DNA of 64,000 nucleotides from the NCBI GenBank assembly GCA_963717465.1, contig OY970340.1:1824001-1888000 (forward strand), given 5' to 3'. The stretch is from Candidatus Bathyarchaeota archaeon. Lineage in GTDB: Archaea; Thermoproteota; Bathyarchaeia; Bathyarchaeales; Bathycorpusculaceae. This document shows, piece by piece, positions 52,935-63,274 of the stretch. The notes under the pieces are model-generated. The model was not told where the DNA came from, searched no databases, and saw only the letters and a program-made list of their open reading frames with translations. The number at the start of each line of letters is the position of its first letter. Position 1 is the first letter of the stretch. A program made the position numbers and the translations under genes.

Positions 52935-54618
52935 TTGACTCAAAGTTCACCATACATATCTAGCAACTTGAAGAATTCAGTCCTAGATTTCTGTAGACAT
53001 ATCGGTGGTAAATCCGAACTCTTAGCTGTCGGGATTGTAGGTAATAATTCAATAAATGTCCCTTCATCAAAATCTCTCATGGAAATTGTAGCAGTTATCA
53101 AAGATTTCCAGCCGAGAATAATGACTTACTTGAGAAATTTTGAGAAAACAGTTATGATCGTGGCCATTGATAAATGGGTTTTTGAAAGAGATATCGAGCG
53201 TGGATTTCTTGGTGAATCCATAGCAAGCAAATTAATTTATCCACATTTAGCTTTATGCGGCGATACGTACCTGCGTGAAGAAGAAATCATCCTGAAAAAA
53301 AGATTAATTTTAGAGTTGCTTCAAAACTTGGTTTTAAGTTATCCAGAGCTTGCCTATAGACTTCAAATTAAACCCCAATATTTCATGTATGAAGTAATGT
53401 TAAATCGGGTTAAAATTTTCCCATTAATATCGAGTGCTGTTTCAAATCTGATGGAAAATGGGAAATTGAGAAATGAATCAGAAGCGCTTAAAAGTTACCT
53501 ATCAGCCCTAAATCAGCTTGAAACCGAGAAAGATTATCAGTTTTTCAAATGAATACGTCACGATTTCAAAAAAATTTGTGGTCGGATGCCAGGACCAAAA
53601 AATGAAAATTATCAATGTATCAAAAAATGCTCCTAGAACATTTTTTGCGTCATTATTTGAGAGCTTTGCCTCAGCTAATAAATTTTGCTCAAAATGCGCA
53701 AAATCTAGAATTTTCAAAAATGCAAAAAAAAGGCAGAATTCTCGAAGATCAGAATACTTATTTTGTTAATCCTCAAAAATATGTGTTTTTTCCAACATCC
53801 AATGGTTTAGTGTCTTTGCTGATAAAGTAGACATAGCAGGCTTTGCCCATAAAATGCTGTTGAAAGACTTTAACGGCAAAATGAAAGTTGAACCAATAGG
53901 GGGAGTATTAAATAACGTCTATTTACTGAGAATTACTAATAACAAAGGAGAAAAGAAGGTTTTAGTTAAATGCTTCAAGGATTGGTCTGGGTTTAAATGG
54001 TATCCTTTGTCTTTGTGGTCTTTTGGAGCCAGATCATTTGCTTTATCAAGCCAAGCGAGACTGTCAAAAGAATATGCTACAAATGAGTTTTTACACTCTG
54101 AAGGATTTCATGTTCCAAAAATCTTTTGCGTTAGCAATGCTGATCGTTTAATTTTTATGGAGTATATCGAAGGCGAAAATCTTGGTCAAGTCATTAAAAG
54201 GCTGGCATTAGCTAGTAGCCAAGAAAAAATAGATGAGGAAATATCCAAAATAGAGCAAGCGGGAGAAATACTTGCCAAGGTTCACTCGCACAATATGACT
54301 TTAGGTGACACAAAACCAGAAAACATGTTATGTTGCCATGATGGCACAATTTATTTGATCGATTTTGAGCAAGCAGCTCAAGACGGTGACAAATCATGGG
54401 ATATAGCCGTTTTTCTTTACTTTGCAGGATATTATATTCAACCATTTTCAAATAACGCGAAAGCAATTGTTGAATCGTTTATTTCGGGTTACCTGAAAAG
54501 TGGTGGAGACCTTAGCGATGTTAAAAAGGTGGCTAATGCAAAGTACACCCGTATATTTAGCATTTTTATGATGCCTTCAATAGTGAAGGCAATAGTAAAT
54601 GCGTGTAAAAAAGCCTGA
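52935..54618 (+). CDS. Degenerate nucleotidyltransferase-like domain fused to a Bud32/RIO/Kdo-like kinase (about 3 frameshifts)
   Basis: N-terminal FE.D..RGFLGE..A.KL..P; C-terminal LVK, MEYIEG, GDTKPEN and IDFE motifs. Confidence 0.75.
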
Positions 54619-54708
54619 GAATTTTTGTTAATTTAGGTTTATATCGTAAGAAAACGAATTATTTTATGAGGGATTTTTACGAGCGATAAGATTAGTTATT
54701 ACAAGGGT

Positions 54709-54966
54709 GTGTATAAAGTTAGAGTCGTGACTGAAAGTGAAGGATACATGATTGTTGAGGCTCTTGAAAATTTTGAGGACTGTGTTGAGAGTGAAGCAGT
54801 TACAGTTAAAACTGGGGAGCGTCGAATTGTGCCAATTGATACTTTGTTTGATGAAAAATCTTTGCCGCCTATGGTAAAAGAGCACGTTTATGAGTTAAAA
54901 ATGGAAAAGAAGCTTAAGAGAATGGTTGCAGAAGAGGAAAAAAGAGAAAAACAAGAGAAGAAGTGA
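54709..54966 (+). CDS. Hypothetical protein
   Basis: Clean 85-aa ORF with normal composition. Confidence 0.65.
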   Translation: MYKVRVVTESEGYMIVEALENFEDCVESEAVTVKTGERRIVPIDTLFDEKSLPPMVKEHVYELKMEKKLKRMVAEEEKREKQEKK

Positions 54967-55049
54967 CTAAAAGGTAATTGTGCTTAGATTGATTCTTAAT
55001 ACGAATATTAGCTAAGAATTTTGGTTTCATAAATTATTAAGGGTGAATT

Positions 55050-55325
55050 TTGGCAAATCAATATTCCATGATGACACTACCTGCAGCCCTAACTCGACGC
55101 ATGCGTTATGCGTTTCATGTTTTCGGTTTGAGTTGTTTAGGCGGAGCAATATTTCTTCAAATTATTTGTTTTACTGACATAGCCTCCAAGGGCTATTTTT
55201 TAGCTATTGAACAAAACGTTGCTATATTAGGATTCGAAGTTTTTCTAACTGGGTACGCTACGGTTTACTTTCATTTACATGTATCAGCGTTTAATTCGTC
55301 AGGTAAAATAGTTTTTTATAAATAG
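55050..55325 (+). CDS. Small membrane protein (probable 3' frameshift)
   Basis: Two hydrophobic segments. Confidence 0.55.
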   Translation: MANQYSMMTLPAALTRRMRYAFHVFGLSCLGGAIFLQIICFTDIASKGYFLAIEQNVAILGFEVFLTGYATVYFHLHVSAFNSSGKIVFYK

Positions 55326-55382
55326 ATTTTTTCAAAGCTTAAATGTTACAAGGCCAATTTTAAGAAAGAGGCAAAGAAACCG

Positions 55383-56233
55383 TTGGCAAGCCAAAAAATA
55401 TGCGAAGGAGATTATGCTATTACTCTATTTAGATTCGCGCACGTACCTATATGATTAAAATAGAGGCTGGAAAAACTTTCCATACCCACAAAGGTTATCT
55501 TAAACTTGACGAGTTCGTAGGTAAAGAATTTGGAGAACCAGTAAAAAGTAGCTTGGGAATAATTTTTACGGCTCTTAAACCCTCGTTAACTGATTTCATA
55601 ATGAAGTCTTCAAGAAACACTCAAATCACGTATCCTAAAGATGCGGCATTAATCGTTATGTTCAGTGGGATTGGTCCTGGTAGTCGAGTGTGCGAATCGG
55701 GCACGGGTACTGGCGCTTTAACAACTGCGCTTGCAAATTATGTTCGACCAAACGGTAAAGTTTACACTTACGAGTTACGACCAGAATTTCAGAAGAATGC
55801 CGCTAAGAATCTTGCGCGATCAAAGCTTCTTGATTTTGTTGAAATGAAACTTGGCGATGTAACTTTGGGAATTGAGGAGCGCGACTTGGATGCTGTGGTG
55901 CTGGATTTGGCAACTCCTTGGCTCGTTGTTCCACATGTACATGAAGCGTTGAAGCCTTCAGGGATTATGGTGTCGTTTAGCCCAACTATTGATCAAGTGG
56001 TTAAGACCACTGAAGCCTTAAAGGAAAGTGGTTTTGTATTTATTGAAACAGTTGAATGCTTGATGCGTGGCATGCAGGTAGAGCGTGGAAAAACTCGCCC
56101 TCAAACTTTAATGACTGGTCATACAGGCTATATTACGCATGCAAGAAAAATCTTGAAGCCTCAGCATGAGGAGTTACCTCAACGAGAAGAATTATCTCAG
56201 TTAGAGGAATCGGTGTCTCAAAATGCTGATTAG
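55383..56233 (+). CDS. trmI: tRNA (adenine-N1)-methyltransferase (5' frameshift)
   Basis: TQITYPKD, ESGTGTGAL, LDLATPW, SPT..QV and HTGYI motifs. Confidence 0.95.
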
Positions 56234-56349
56234 CTGAGAAGGTCTGCTTTATTTTGATAAATAAGTTATTTAAATTCTGTTTTTGTCTCTGTTTTCAGGT
56301 TGGGCCATGCTGAGCGTCCAAAATGCTTGTTTTAATTGTTCGCCTCTGG

Positions 56350-57954
56350 TTAGCCATAATATGTGCCTGCTATCATGCCGATATATGGAATAGCTACGTT
56401 GTTTACGGCCTTGTAAAGTAGTGGGTTGTGTATTCTGTTTTCGAGGAATGTTGGTTTCCAGATTTTAATGTTGTATTCCCAGCATTTTATGAAAAAGTCC
56501 CAACGAGCTTTTGATAGGGAGTCTATTTCTGCGCCTTTTTTGTGCATTAGTACGCAGTTTTCAAGCGGTACAAAGAAGAGCGGGACGTAAAAGGCGTTGT
56601 AACCTTTCAGTTTATCCATTAATTCGAGAGTTTGTAGTACGTCTTCTTCTTTTTCGTCTGGAAGTCCAATGATTAGTGTAGCTAATGGGTACCAGTCATT
56701 GTCGTTTAGTGTTCCAAAGGCGTTTGTAACGACTTCTTGCCACTGTTCAGGTTTGAAGGGAAGCATTTTTCCTCCCATGTATTTTTTCATTAGCCTGCTG
56801 CTGCCTGTTTCGATTCCAGTTTCAGCGGTAATGATGGCTTTTTTATCGAGTGAGTACCAGCTTTTTTGTATCAAAATTTCTGCTAGCTCTTTGATCATGG
56901 TTGGATCGTGATATACTGGTGCTAAGGACATGTGTGATACTTGAATGCTTTTGACGCCTGGGTGATCTGATACTTTCTTGATTAAGTTTACAACGGCTTT
57001 TTTGTTTGGATTGAAGCTTTTTTCTTTTGCTCCATACAAGAAGATGTCTTCGGTGACTAAGGTTATGTGGTCGCATCCTTCCAGTGTTGATAATGCGACT
57101 TCCTCCATTATTCTCTCAAGGGGTATATCGACTTTATTTTGCACGGTTGGGGTGCAAAACTGGCAGTTTCTTCCACAACCTTTTGAGATTTCTACTGAAC
57201 CATGTATGGCAGCGTGTTTAATCAGTGGCATTGCGCTGTAATTCCATTTGCTTAGTGATTCGTCTGCTTTCACAATTTTAGGAATATGCTCGTTATTAAG
57301 TGCTTTTTTGAAGACGTCAACTATTATGTCTGGTCTTCCACCGGTGATAACATGGTCAATGCCGCAACTTTCCATCACGCCTTTACGGACAAGCTGCCAG
57401 GAGCCGAAACCTCCAACAATAATTTTAGGCTTATATTTTTTGATGCTTGGGTGAGATAGGAGTATTTTGAATTCTACTGCGTTGATTGGTTCTCCGCCGC
57501 CGATTACTGAAGAGTATGTCTTGCTTACGTATCCCATTCCAAGCGGGTCCATAGATGAGATTCCAATAATTTTGGTTTCTGGTCCAACAAAATTTTCAAG
57601 GTCTTTTGGGTGAACCACAGTCACGTCTTTTGTTGAAAATCCATTTTCCAGCAATATTGCTTCGACTTTTCGTAAACCATACGAGGCGTATTTTGCTCTT
57701 CCATCAGGTGTTTGTTCAACTGGTGGGTATAAATTTTTTCTAAAGACTCCTAACGGAATTGGTCCTTTTGCAAATCCTGCAGAGAAAGCCATAAAAGGGT
57801 TATTAAAAAAGTCACTCATTTCTGAAGCTGATGCAGTCAATACTATTTTGACGCCTGATGTCTCTTCCAATCTCTTCCTTCCTTGGTATCGATAGTGAGT
57901 ATTTTCTAGCCCTTTTAAGAATTGCTGTTGGTTGGCGGCTTTCAAGGAGAGCAA
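56350..57954 (-). CDS. Large radical SAM protein with B12-binding-like N-terminal domain (C-terminus probably extends to ~56270 after a frameshift)
   Basis: YGLRKVEA, MDPLG, KGCGRNCQFC, GIETGS and IIGLP.E motifs. Confidence 0.9.
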   Translation of the reverse strand: MLSLKAANQQQFLKGLENTHYRYQGRKRLEETSGVKIVLTASASEMSDFFNNPFMAFSAGFAKGPIPLGVFRKNLYPPVEQTPDGRAKYASYGLRKVEAILLENGFSTKDVTVVHPKDLENFVGPETKIIGISSMDPLGMGYVSKTYSSVIGGGEPINAVEFKILLSHPSIKKYKPKIIVGGFGSWQLVRKGVMESCGIDHVITGGRPDIIVDVFKKALNNEHIPKIVKADESLSKWNYSAMPLIKHAAIHGSVEISKGCGRNCQFCTPTVQNKVDIPLERIMEEVALSTLEGCDHITLVTEDIFLYGAKEKSFNPNKKAVVNLIKKVSDHPGVKSIQVSHMSLAPVYHDPTMIKELAEILIQKSWYSLDKKAIITAETGIETGSSRLMKKYMGGKMLPFKPEQWQEVVTNAFGTLNDNDWYPLATLIIGLPDEKEEDVLQTLELMDKLKGYNAFYVPLFFVPLENCVLMHKKGAEIDSLSKARWDFFIKCWEYNIKIWKPTFLENRIHNPLLYKAVNNVAIPYIGMIAGTYYG

Positions 57955-58095
57955 GGTACTTTTCGCCCAAAATATTCAGCCTTTTAACCCAGTTAACAAA
58001 ACAAGAACAAATAATATCAGAAAAGGTTTACTCTTGATTTTTGAGTTTATTGGAGCGATTAATAGTAATTACTGGTGTTTTTAATGTTAATATTT

Positions 58096-59073
58096 TTAAT
58101 TATTTCCAAAACCGCTAGCGAAAACAAAAAATGGAAAATTCTGTTGGCCTGAACTTTTCTCTTTTGTGTTTAAATTTTCATTTGAATTCGCATTTGGCTT
58201 GTAAGCTTTTTCTGGTTGAGCACTTTTCAAATCTGTTGATTTTGCCCAGACTAAGTCGAAAAGAGCTACCATGGATTTCACTATTTCTTCATTGTTGGTG
58301 TTCAAGGCTACGTTAGTGACGCCGTTTGTGGTTTTTGCTGTTCCCATGATAATTTCTTTTCGATCGGCAATTAAGAAGCGTGGGAAAATATCGAATTTAT
58401 AATTTGCGGTTCTAATGTCAACATTTTTTTCGTTGCGAAATTTTTCTACTAAGCCGAAAAGTCCGCTTTTGTTTTCAGGTGGTTTTGTAATAATCTTTAT
58501 GTTAAGGCCGCGGTTTGCGCAGTTCTTTAAAAATTTGGCGGTGTCTTCCATGACATTTTGTGCGTTGCTGAAGTCGTCTCCGAAAAATAGGATTTCTGTT
58601 TTTGCTTTTCGGGTCCAGTATCTTGCGGCTGCTTGGATGTTGGTGATTTCTTCTAGGAAACTGCAGACGGGTTCTTCGTCTGTGGATCCGTTTTGGTCGA
58701 TTGCTTTGAAGGCTTCTGATAGTTTTTTCTTATTGTTGAAAAGTAGGGAGAGTTCTGCTTTTTTTGTTTCGATGTTAAATTCTATTAGGTCTTCTATTGA
58801 TGTGGAGATGAAGTATCTTGGTTTTCCAATTGATGACTTAATAATGCCTCTGCTTTCCATTCTTTTGAGGCAGCGGTAAACTTGAACTTTGTGCATTCTT
58901 AATGCTTTTGAGATGTCTTTTGCTTTTTTTCGATTCGATTTTCTTAGTGTAATGTAGATTTTTGCTTCGTCGTCGCTGAATCCTAATTCTTTTAATTCGT
59001 TGAAAATTACGTATTGTGCGTCTGCTTCTTCGTTATTTTTGTCTCTGCCGGTTGTTTCCTTAAGGTCTTGCAT
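58096..59073 (-). CDS. TrmB-family transcriptional regulator
   Basis: LGFS..EAKIY, QVYR.LK, I.D.KE and F..VW motifs. Confidence 0.88.
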   Translation of the reverse strand: MQDLKETTGRDKNNEEADAQYVIFNELKELGFSDDEAKIYITLRKSNRKKAKDISKALRMHKVQVYRCLKRMESRGIIKSSIGKPRYFISTSIEDLIEFNIETKKAELSLLFNNKKKLSEAFKAIDQNGSTDEEPVCSFLEEITNIQAAARYWTRKAKTEILFFGDDFSNAQNVMEDTAKFLKNCANRGLNIKIITKPPENKSGLFGLVEKFRNEKNVDIRTANYKFDIFPRFLIADRKEIIMGTAKTTNGVTNVALNTNNEEIVKSMVALFDLVWAKSTDLKSAQPEKAYKPNANSNENLNTKEKSSGQQNFPFFVFASGFGNN

Positions 59074-59246
59074 CGAATCAACGTTTTTGTAGAAGGGTGC
59101 ATTCTTTTAATACTTTATGGTTTTTTCCGATATATTGAAAATTTTCACAATGGTTCTGTTTGAAAGTTTTTTGTTGGCCAGTTAGTTGGCAGGTTGGGTT
59201 AAAACTTGATTTTTGGAAAAAGTTTTTTTTATTTTGTTTTTGGGTT

Positions 59247-59556
59247 TTAGATGAGTTCGATTGTTACGTGGACTTCTTCTGGGAACACGTATGCGCATGA
59301 TTCGTCGCATGACTCTTTCTTCTGAGTCGATGTCGATTAAGCGTTTGTGGATGCGCATTTCCCATCTGTCCCAGGTTGCTGTTCCTTCGCCTGAAGGTGC
59401 TTTTAGTACTGGAACTCTTAGTCGTTTTGTGGGTAATGGTACTGGGCCGTTGATTTTTACGCCTGTTTTCTGGGCGATACTTTTCAGTTCATTGCATACT
59501 TCTTCAAGTTTACTGTAATCTGTGCTTGTGAGGCGTATTCGTGCTTTTCTTACCAT
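59247..59556 (-). CDS. rpsJ: 30S ribosomal protein uS10 (one extra base near 59282)
   Basis: [13 protein letters not shown] and [11 protein letters not shown]; removing one base restores [16 protein letters not shown]. Confidence 0.97.
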
Positions 59557-59766
59557 CTTTGCCTATCAATCCTGTGGTTCGCAAATTGTTGTTGGTGTTA
59601 CTTTAGACATTTACTTGGAACATAAAAACCTATCGTCGCGGTTTTTTCTTATGGTCTAGTTATTTGGGGTTTCGTCGTTTGAATCAGCTGGTTTAGTGTT
59701 AATGTTGGGAATCATGGTTTGCGTCGGAGGTCTGAAGCGTTTATTTTCTGTTGGTAGAAGGAACCG

Positions 59767-59988
59767 TTGGGTGGTTTTGCTTTTTTAGCGTTGCTTCCAT
59801 CATTGTTGCTTCTCGGCGTGTCTTGGTCTATTGATGGGTCAATTTTGCAGGCTTTGTTTATTAATCTGCTTATAGTTCTCGCAATAGAGCACGTGATCCT
59901 GCTCACGGTCATTGGTATTTTGGCATTGCAAGGGTTGAGAGCAAAAAGCAAAGAGATTGCTATGTCCAGAAATGATAGTAAAGGCTGA
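59767..59988 (+). CDS. Possible small membrane protein; start uncertain
   Basis: Two hydrophobic segments with a charged tail. Confidence 0.35.
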   Translation: MGGFAFLALLPSLLLLGVSWSIDGSILQALFINLLIVLAIEHVILLTVIGILALQGLRAKSKEIAMSRNDSKG

Positions 59989-60111
59989 CGCGTACGGAGT
60001 TCATGGTTTATTTCTTGCCTTATCAATGGGACGCGGATTGCTATGAGTTAGTCCTTTGTTTGTGTACGCGAGGCAAAGAGTGGCTGTTTTGAATCGAAGT
60101 TTTGTTTGATT

Positions 60112-60927
60112 TTAAAAGAAACCTTTTTCCCAGAGGTTTTGAAAGTAGCTTTCGCATAGACTTACGATGCTCTTGTTGCATGAAAAGAGTGCGTTTGAAT
60201 CGAAATTTTCTTGTGGTTTAGTGTTAATTACGACTTTTTCTTTGTCAAATATTCCCATTGCAATTAAGGGCTCATCTTTAATAAATTTTACTTGATAATT
60301 CTTGAAAAGGCTTGGGCGCTTATGAGCCATGTTTATTAGTTTTTCTTTTTGGGGGTAACCGATTATGGCTTTGACTTCTATTTTTCTTGTTAACGTTTTA
60401 TCTAAAATTGCCCTGTATTCGTCGGGTGGAAGAACTACCTTATCGGTTGGAATTACAGAATGAATGCTTTTTTTGGCTTCATTGATCATTTTTCTGCTTC
60501 TAATGTGAAATGTTTCTTTGGTGATGATGGTGAATTCGTTTTGGGTGTCTATCTGCTTGTCAAATGTTTTTTCGCCTATTTGTTTAATGAGGCTTGGTAT
60601 TCTTTTTTTTGCTTCAGCTAATTCTTTTTCTCTTTTTTGAATTAGGATATCTGTACATACCTTTAATGGTACTGCTTGGAAACGGTTGGGTTTGCTTACG
60701 ATTCTTTCGGCAAGTTGTAGTTTTTCAAGCTCCGTAGTTACTCGGTAAACGTCTGGTCTTGAGACTTTAGTATGATCCGAGATTGTTTGTGCTGTGTTTA
60801 ATTCTTGTGTTAAGAGGGCTAAGTATATTTTTGCTTGTAGAGCACTCAAGCCAAAATCTATTAGTATGGATATAGGCTCATTGTCATTAGGCATAGCGCT
60901 AACTCGGTTGCATTGATTATTGGACAT
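60112..60927 (-). CDS. TrmB-family transcriptional regulator
   Basis: GLS.LQAKIYLAL, SRPDVYR and YFQNLW motifs; paralogue of 1584..2411. Confidence 0.9.
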   Translation of the reverse strand: MSNNQCNRVSAMPNDNEPISILIDFGLSALQAKIYLALLTQELNTAQTISDHTKVSRPDVYRVTTELEKLQLAERIVSKPNRFQAVPLKVCTDILIQKREKELAEAKKRIPSLIKQIGEKTFDKQIDTQNEFTIITKETFHIRSRKMINEAKKSIHSVIPTDKVVLPPDEYRAILDKTLTRKIEVKAIIGYPQKEKLINMAHKRPSLFKNYQVKFIKDEPLIAMGIFDKEKVVINTKPQENFDSNALFSCNKSIVSLCESYFQNLWEKGFF

Positions 60928-61321
60928 TCGTAATGGTGTTTAATCTTTTAACTATTTTGAATTTTAACAAAAGAACCAAATTATTCGAAATGGATCGCAA
61001 GATGATAGCGTGCCCGTGATTTTATGATGTATTAGTTTTGGCTAGTCTTTTTGGATTGGAGTTTAGGGGAGTGTAGGCGGTTATTTTTTTTAGTTTGTTT
61101 TGAATCATCGTTTGCAATTATTTTTTAATATTTTGTGTTCTGTTTGGCTGTTATCTTTTAGTTTTGATTGGTTTATGTGTGGTGTTTGATTTTTTGAATC
61201 ATTTGTAAAATGTTCAATTCAATTTGTGACTGTTTTTTTGATATAAGATTTGTTTCAGAAGGGTTAAATCGGTGATTGATGCTTTTTTTGAAAGTATTGG
61301 ATGCAATTTCAATAAAGGCCA

Positions 61322-61346
61322 TTGTAAGTGGGTGAACCTCTTACAA
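61322..61346. promoter_or_regulatory. Inverted repeat, candidate operator
   Basis: TTGTAAGTGG-GTGAA-CCTCTTACAA (9/10 match) directly before TATA-like TTAATATA. Confidence 0.45.
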
Positions 61347-61480
61347 GTGTTAATATAAGGGTAGCTTGATTGAAAAGGGGTCTTTGGTGCCCTGGAATTA
61401 TGGGCGTTATGTTAACATGGGTGGGCTGGGGAAGTGCTCGCTCGATCTTTGAGACTTATTAGATAAGAAAGGGGAGATGG

Positions 61481-61744
61481 GTGTCTGTGCGTAAGCGTGA
61501 TTGGGGAGCTATTACTGTTGATATTTTAGAGGCGACTTTGAAGCCTCAGAAGAAAATGCGGATAATGTATAGGTCTAATTTGAATTTTGAGCGGTTTGAT
61601 AAGTATTTTCAAGATTTGCTTAGCAAGGGTTTTATTGAGAGTTTAAATGATTCAGCAGGTAAGCCTGTTTATGTGGTTTCTGCAAAAGGAAAAACTTTGC
61701 TGGATGCTCTTAGAACGGCTCATGATCTTTTTGATTCCAGCTAA
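61481..61744 (+). CDS. Archaeal winged-helix regulator (ArnR1-like/HTH_45)
   Basis: RD...I..DIL...K.RIMY.SNL...Y..S.KG. Confidence 0.88.
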   Translation: MSVRKRDWGAITVDILEATLKPQKKMRIMYRSNLNFERFDKYFQDLLSKGFIESLNDSAGKPVYVVSAKGKTLLDALRTAHDLFDSS

Positions 61745-61787
61745 AGCATGTTTGCGGCTTGTTGTTAAGTTTTTTTTGGTTTTTTGG

Positions 61788-62003
61788 TTAGAGTGGCGTG
61801 TTTTCTTCTGGGAGTGTGTTTGCCCATTCTGGTTCGATTTTGATTTTTTGTGTTTGTTCCTCGTATTTTACTATTCCCTTTTGGGCGAGAAATTTTGAGT
61901 ACTCAATCAGCTTGTGCGCTTCCAGTCCTGTTTTTTTGGTCATTTCTTCTATTGTGTGCCAGGATTGGTCTTTGAGGAATGAAAAGATTTTTTCGGCGCT
62001 CAA
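61788..62003 (-). CDS. Small winged-helix protein
   Basis: LKD..WH.IEE....GL....FL...G.V pattern. Confidence 0.7.
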   Translation of the reverse strand: MSAEKIFSFLKDQSWHTIEEMTKKTGLEAHKLIEYSKFLAQKGIVKYEEQTQKIKIEPEWANTLPEENTPL

Positions 62004-62278
62004 TGTTTGATCATCTTCTTAATGGCATTATAGTTTATTTAAATTATATAGAACGGTGAGTAGGGTTTTTGGTTGGTTTGTTTCTGTATTTTTACTCTAA
62101 GTTTTATGGAAGAATAGTATGTCCTTTAAGTGCTATACTTTTGTGCTTTATTTTTGAACTGTACTTTGTGTCCTACTTGTTTTATATGTTTTGAAGAACT
62201 TGTATGTGTTTTCATTGGGTGCATTAAGCTCTTGGTTCATGTATTCGGTCTGCTCCGGTTCCACGGAGGGATAAACTA

Positions 62279-62677
62279 ATGGTAAATAGTAATGAAGCAG
62301 TTGAGGATGTTAAAGTTGAGGCTGTTAAGGCTGAGTGGAAGCAGCTTTGGCGTTGTAAGGTCGATGATAAGGTTAGGGCTGAAGGTGTAGCGGCTCAGCA
62401 TTTCTCTTTGTTGTTTGTGGAGCAGGGCACTGTGGTTGCTGCTACTAGGGATTTTAAGCCTCTTGATCTTAAAGAGATTTTGAGGGCCCATGAATTTGAG
62501 AATGTTGACCGGATAATTGGGCCTCATCTTTCGGAGGGTGGTTGGACGAAGTTTGCGAAGACGGTGTTGAACAAGCAGAGTCGCGCTCGGAATGTGCCGT
62601 GTTCAGAGGTCCGCTCTGATCGTGTGAAGGGTATGCAGCAGAAAAAAGGTGGAAGAGGCTGGCTGCACACGGCGTGA
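62279..62677 (+). CDS. Conserved protein of unknown function (paralogue of 27120..27500)
   Basis: VDDKVRAEG, ATRD, GGWTKF and KKGGRGWLH shared with the 27120 copy. Confidence 0.85.
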   Translation: MVNSNEAVEDVKVEAVKAEWKQLWRCKVDDKVRAEGVAAQHFSLLFVEQGTVVAATRDFKPLDLKEILRAHEFENVDRIIGPHLSEGGWTKFAKTVLNKQSRARNVPCSEVRSDRVKGMQQKKGGRGWLHTA

Positions 62678-62760
62678 AAGAATTGGACATCAGTTTTTAG
62701 TGCGCTCTAGACTTTTTTGTGCTTAGTGTCTTGTTTGTTTTTTTGGGGAAGTGTTTGTTT

Positions 62761-63150
62761 ATGATTGTGAAAGGTTTGAAGAGTGTAAACAAGAATAGGG
62801 GTAAGTTGGATATTGCGCAGGATATGCTGACGATTGCTTCAAATAAGGCTAGGAAGACCAGGATTATGTATCAGGCTAATTTAAATTGTGTTCAGGTGGA
62901 AAAATACATGAAGGTCCTTTTGAATGAGGGGTTGCTGGCTCGTGACAGTGATGATGGCTCGTATTATTTAACGACTAGAAAAGGACATGAATTTTTGAGG
63001 TTGTATGCTGATTACCTTGAGCGGTACAGGCGGCTTCTTGAGGTAGTTGATGACACCCTTAAGTGTAGGCTTATGTTGGAAAGTATGTGTTTTAACACTA
63101 AGGACGAAATCAATCAATCAAAATTCTTGAAAAGTGCGCTTGGCTTTTAA
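62761..63150 (+). CDS. Archaeal winged-helix regulator (paralogue of 27560..27898)
   Basis: RGKLDI..D.L..AS..A.KT.IMYQANL...Y.TT.KG. Confidence 0.88.
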   Translation: MIVKGLKSVNKNRGKLDIAQDMLTIASNKARKTRIMYQANLNCVQVEKYMKVLLNEGLLARDSDDGSYYLTTRKGHEFLRLYADYLERYRRLLEVVDDTLKCRLMLESMCFNTKDEINQSKFLKSALGF

Positions 63151-63274
63151 GTTTAATGGGTTTTTCTGTTTTCTTAATTTCAACGTGCCTTTCCTTGAAA
63201 GTTGGAAGTGTCCACGTTTAGGTGTGAAAATGGGAAGGTTTTGATGTCGGCTGGATAGTTTGATGTGAAATTAT

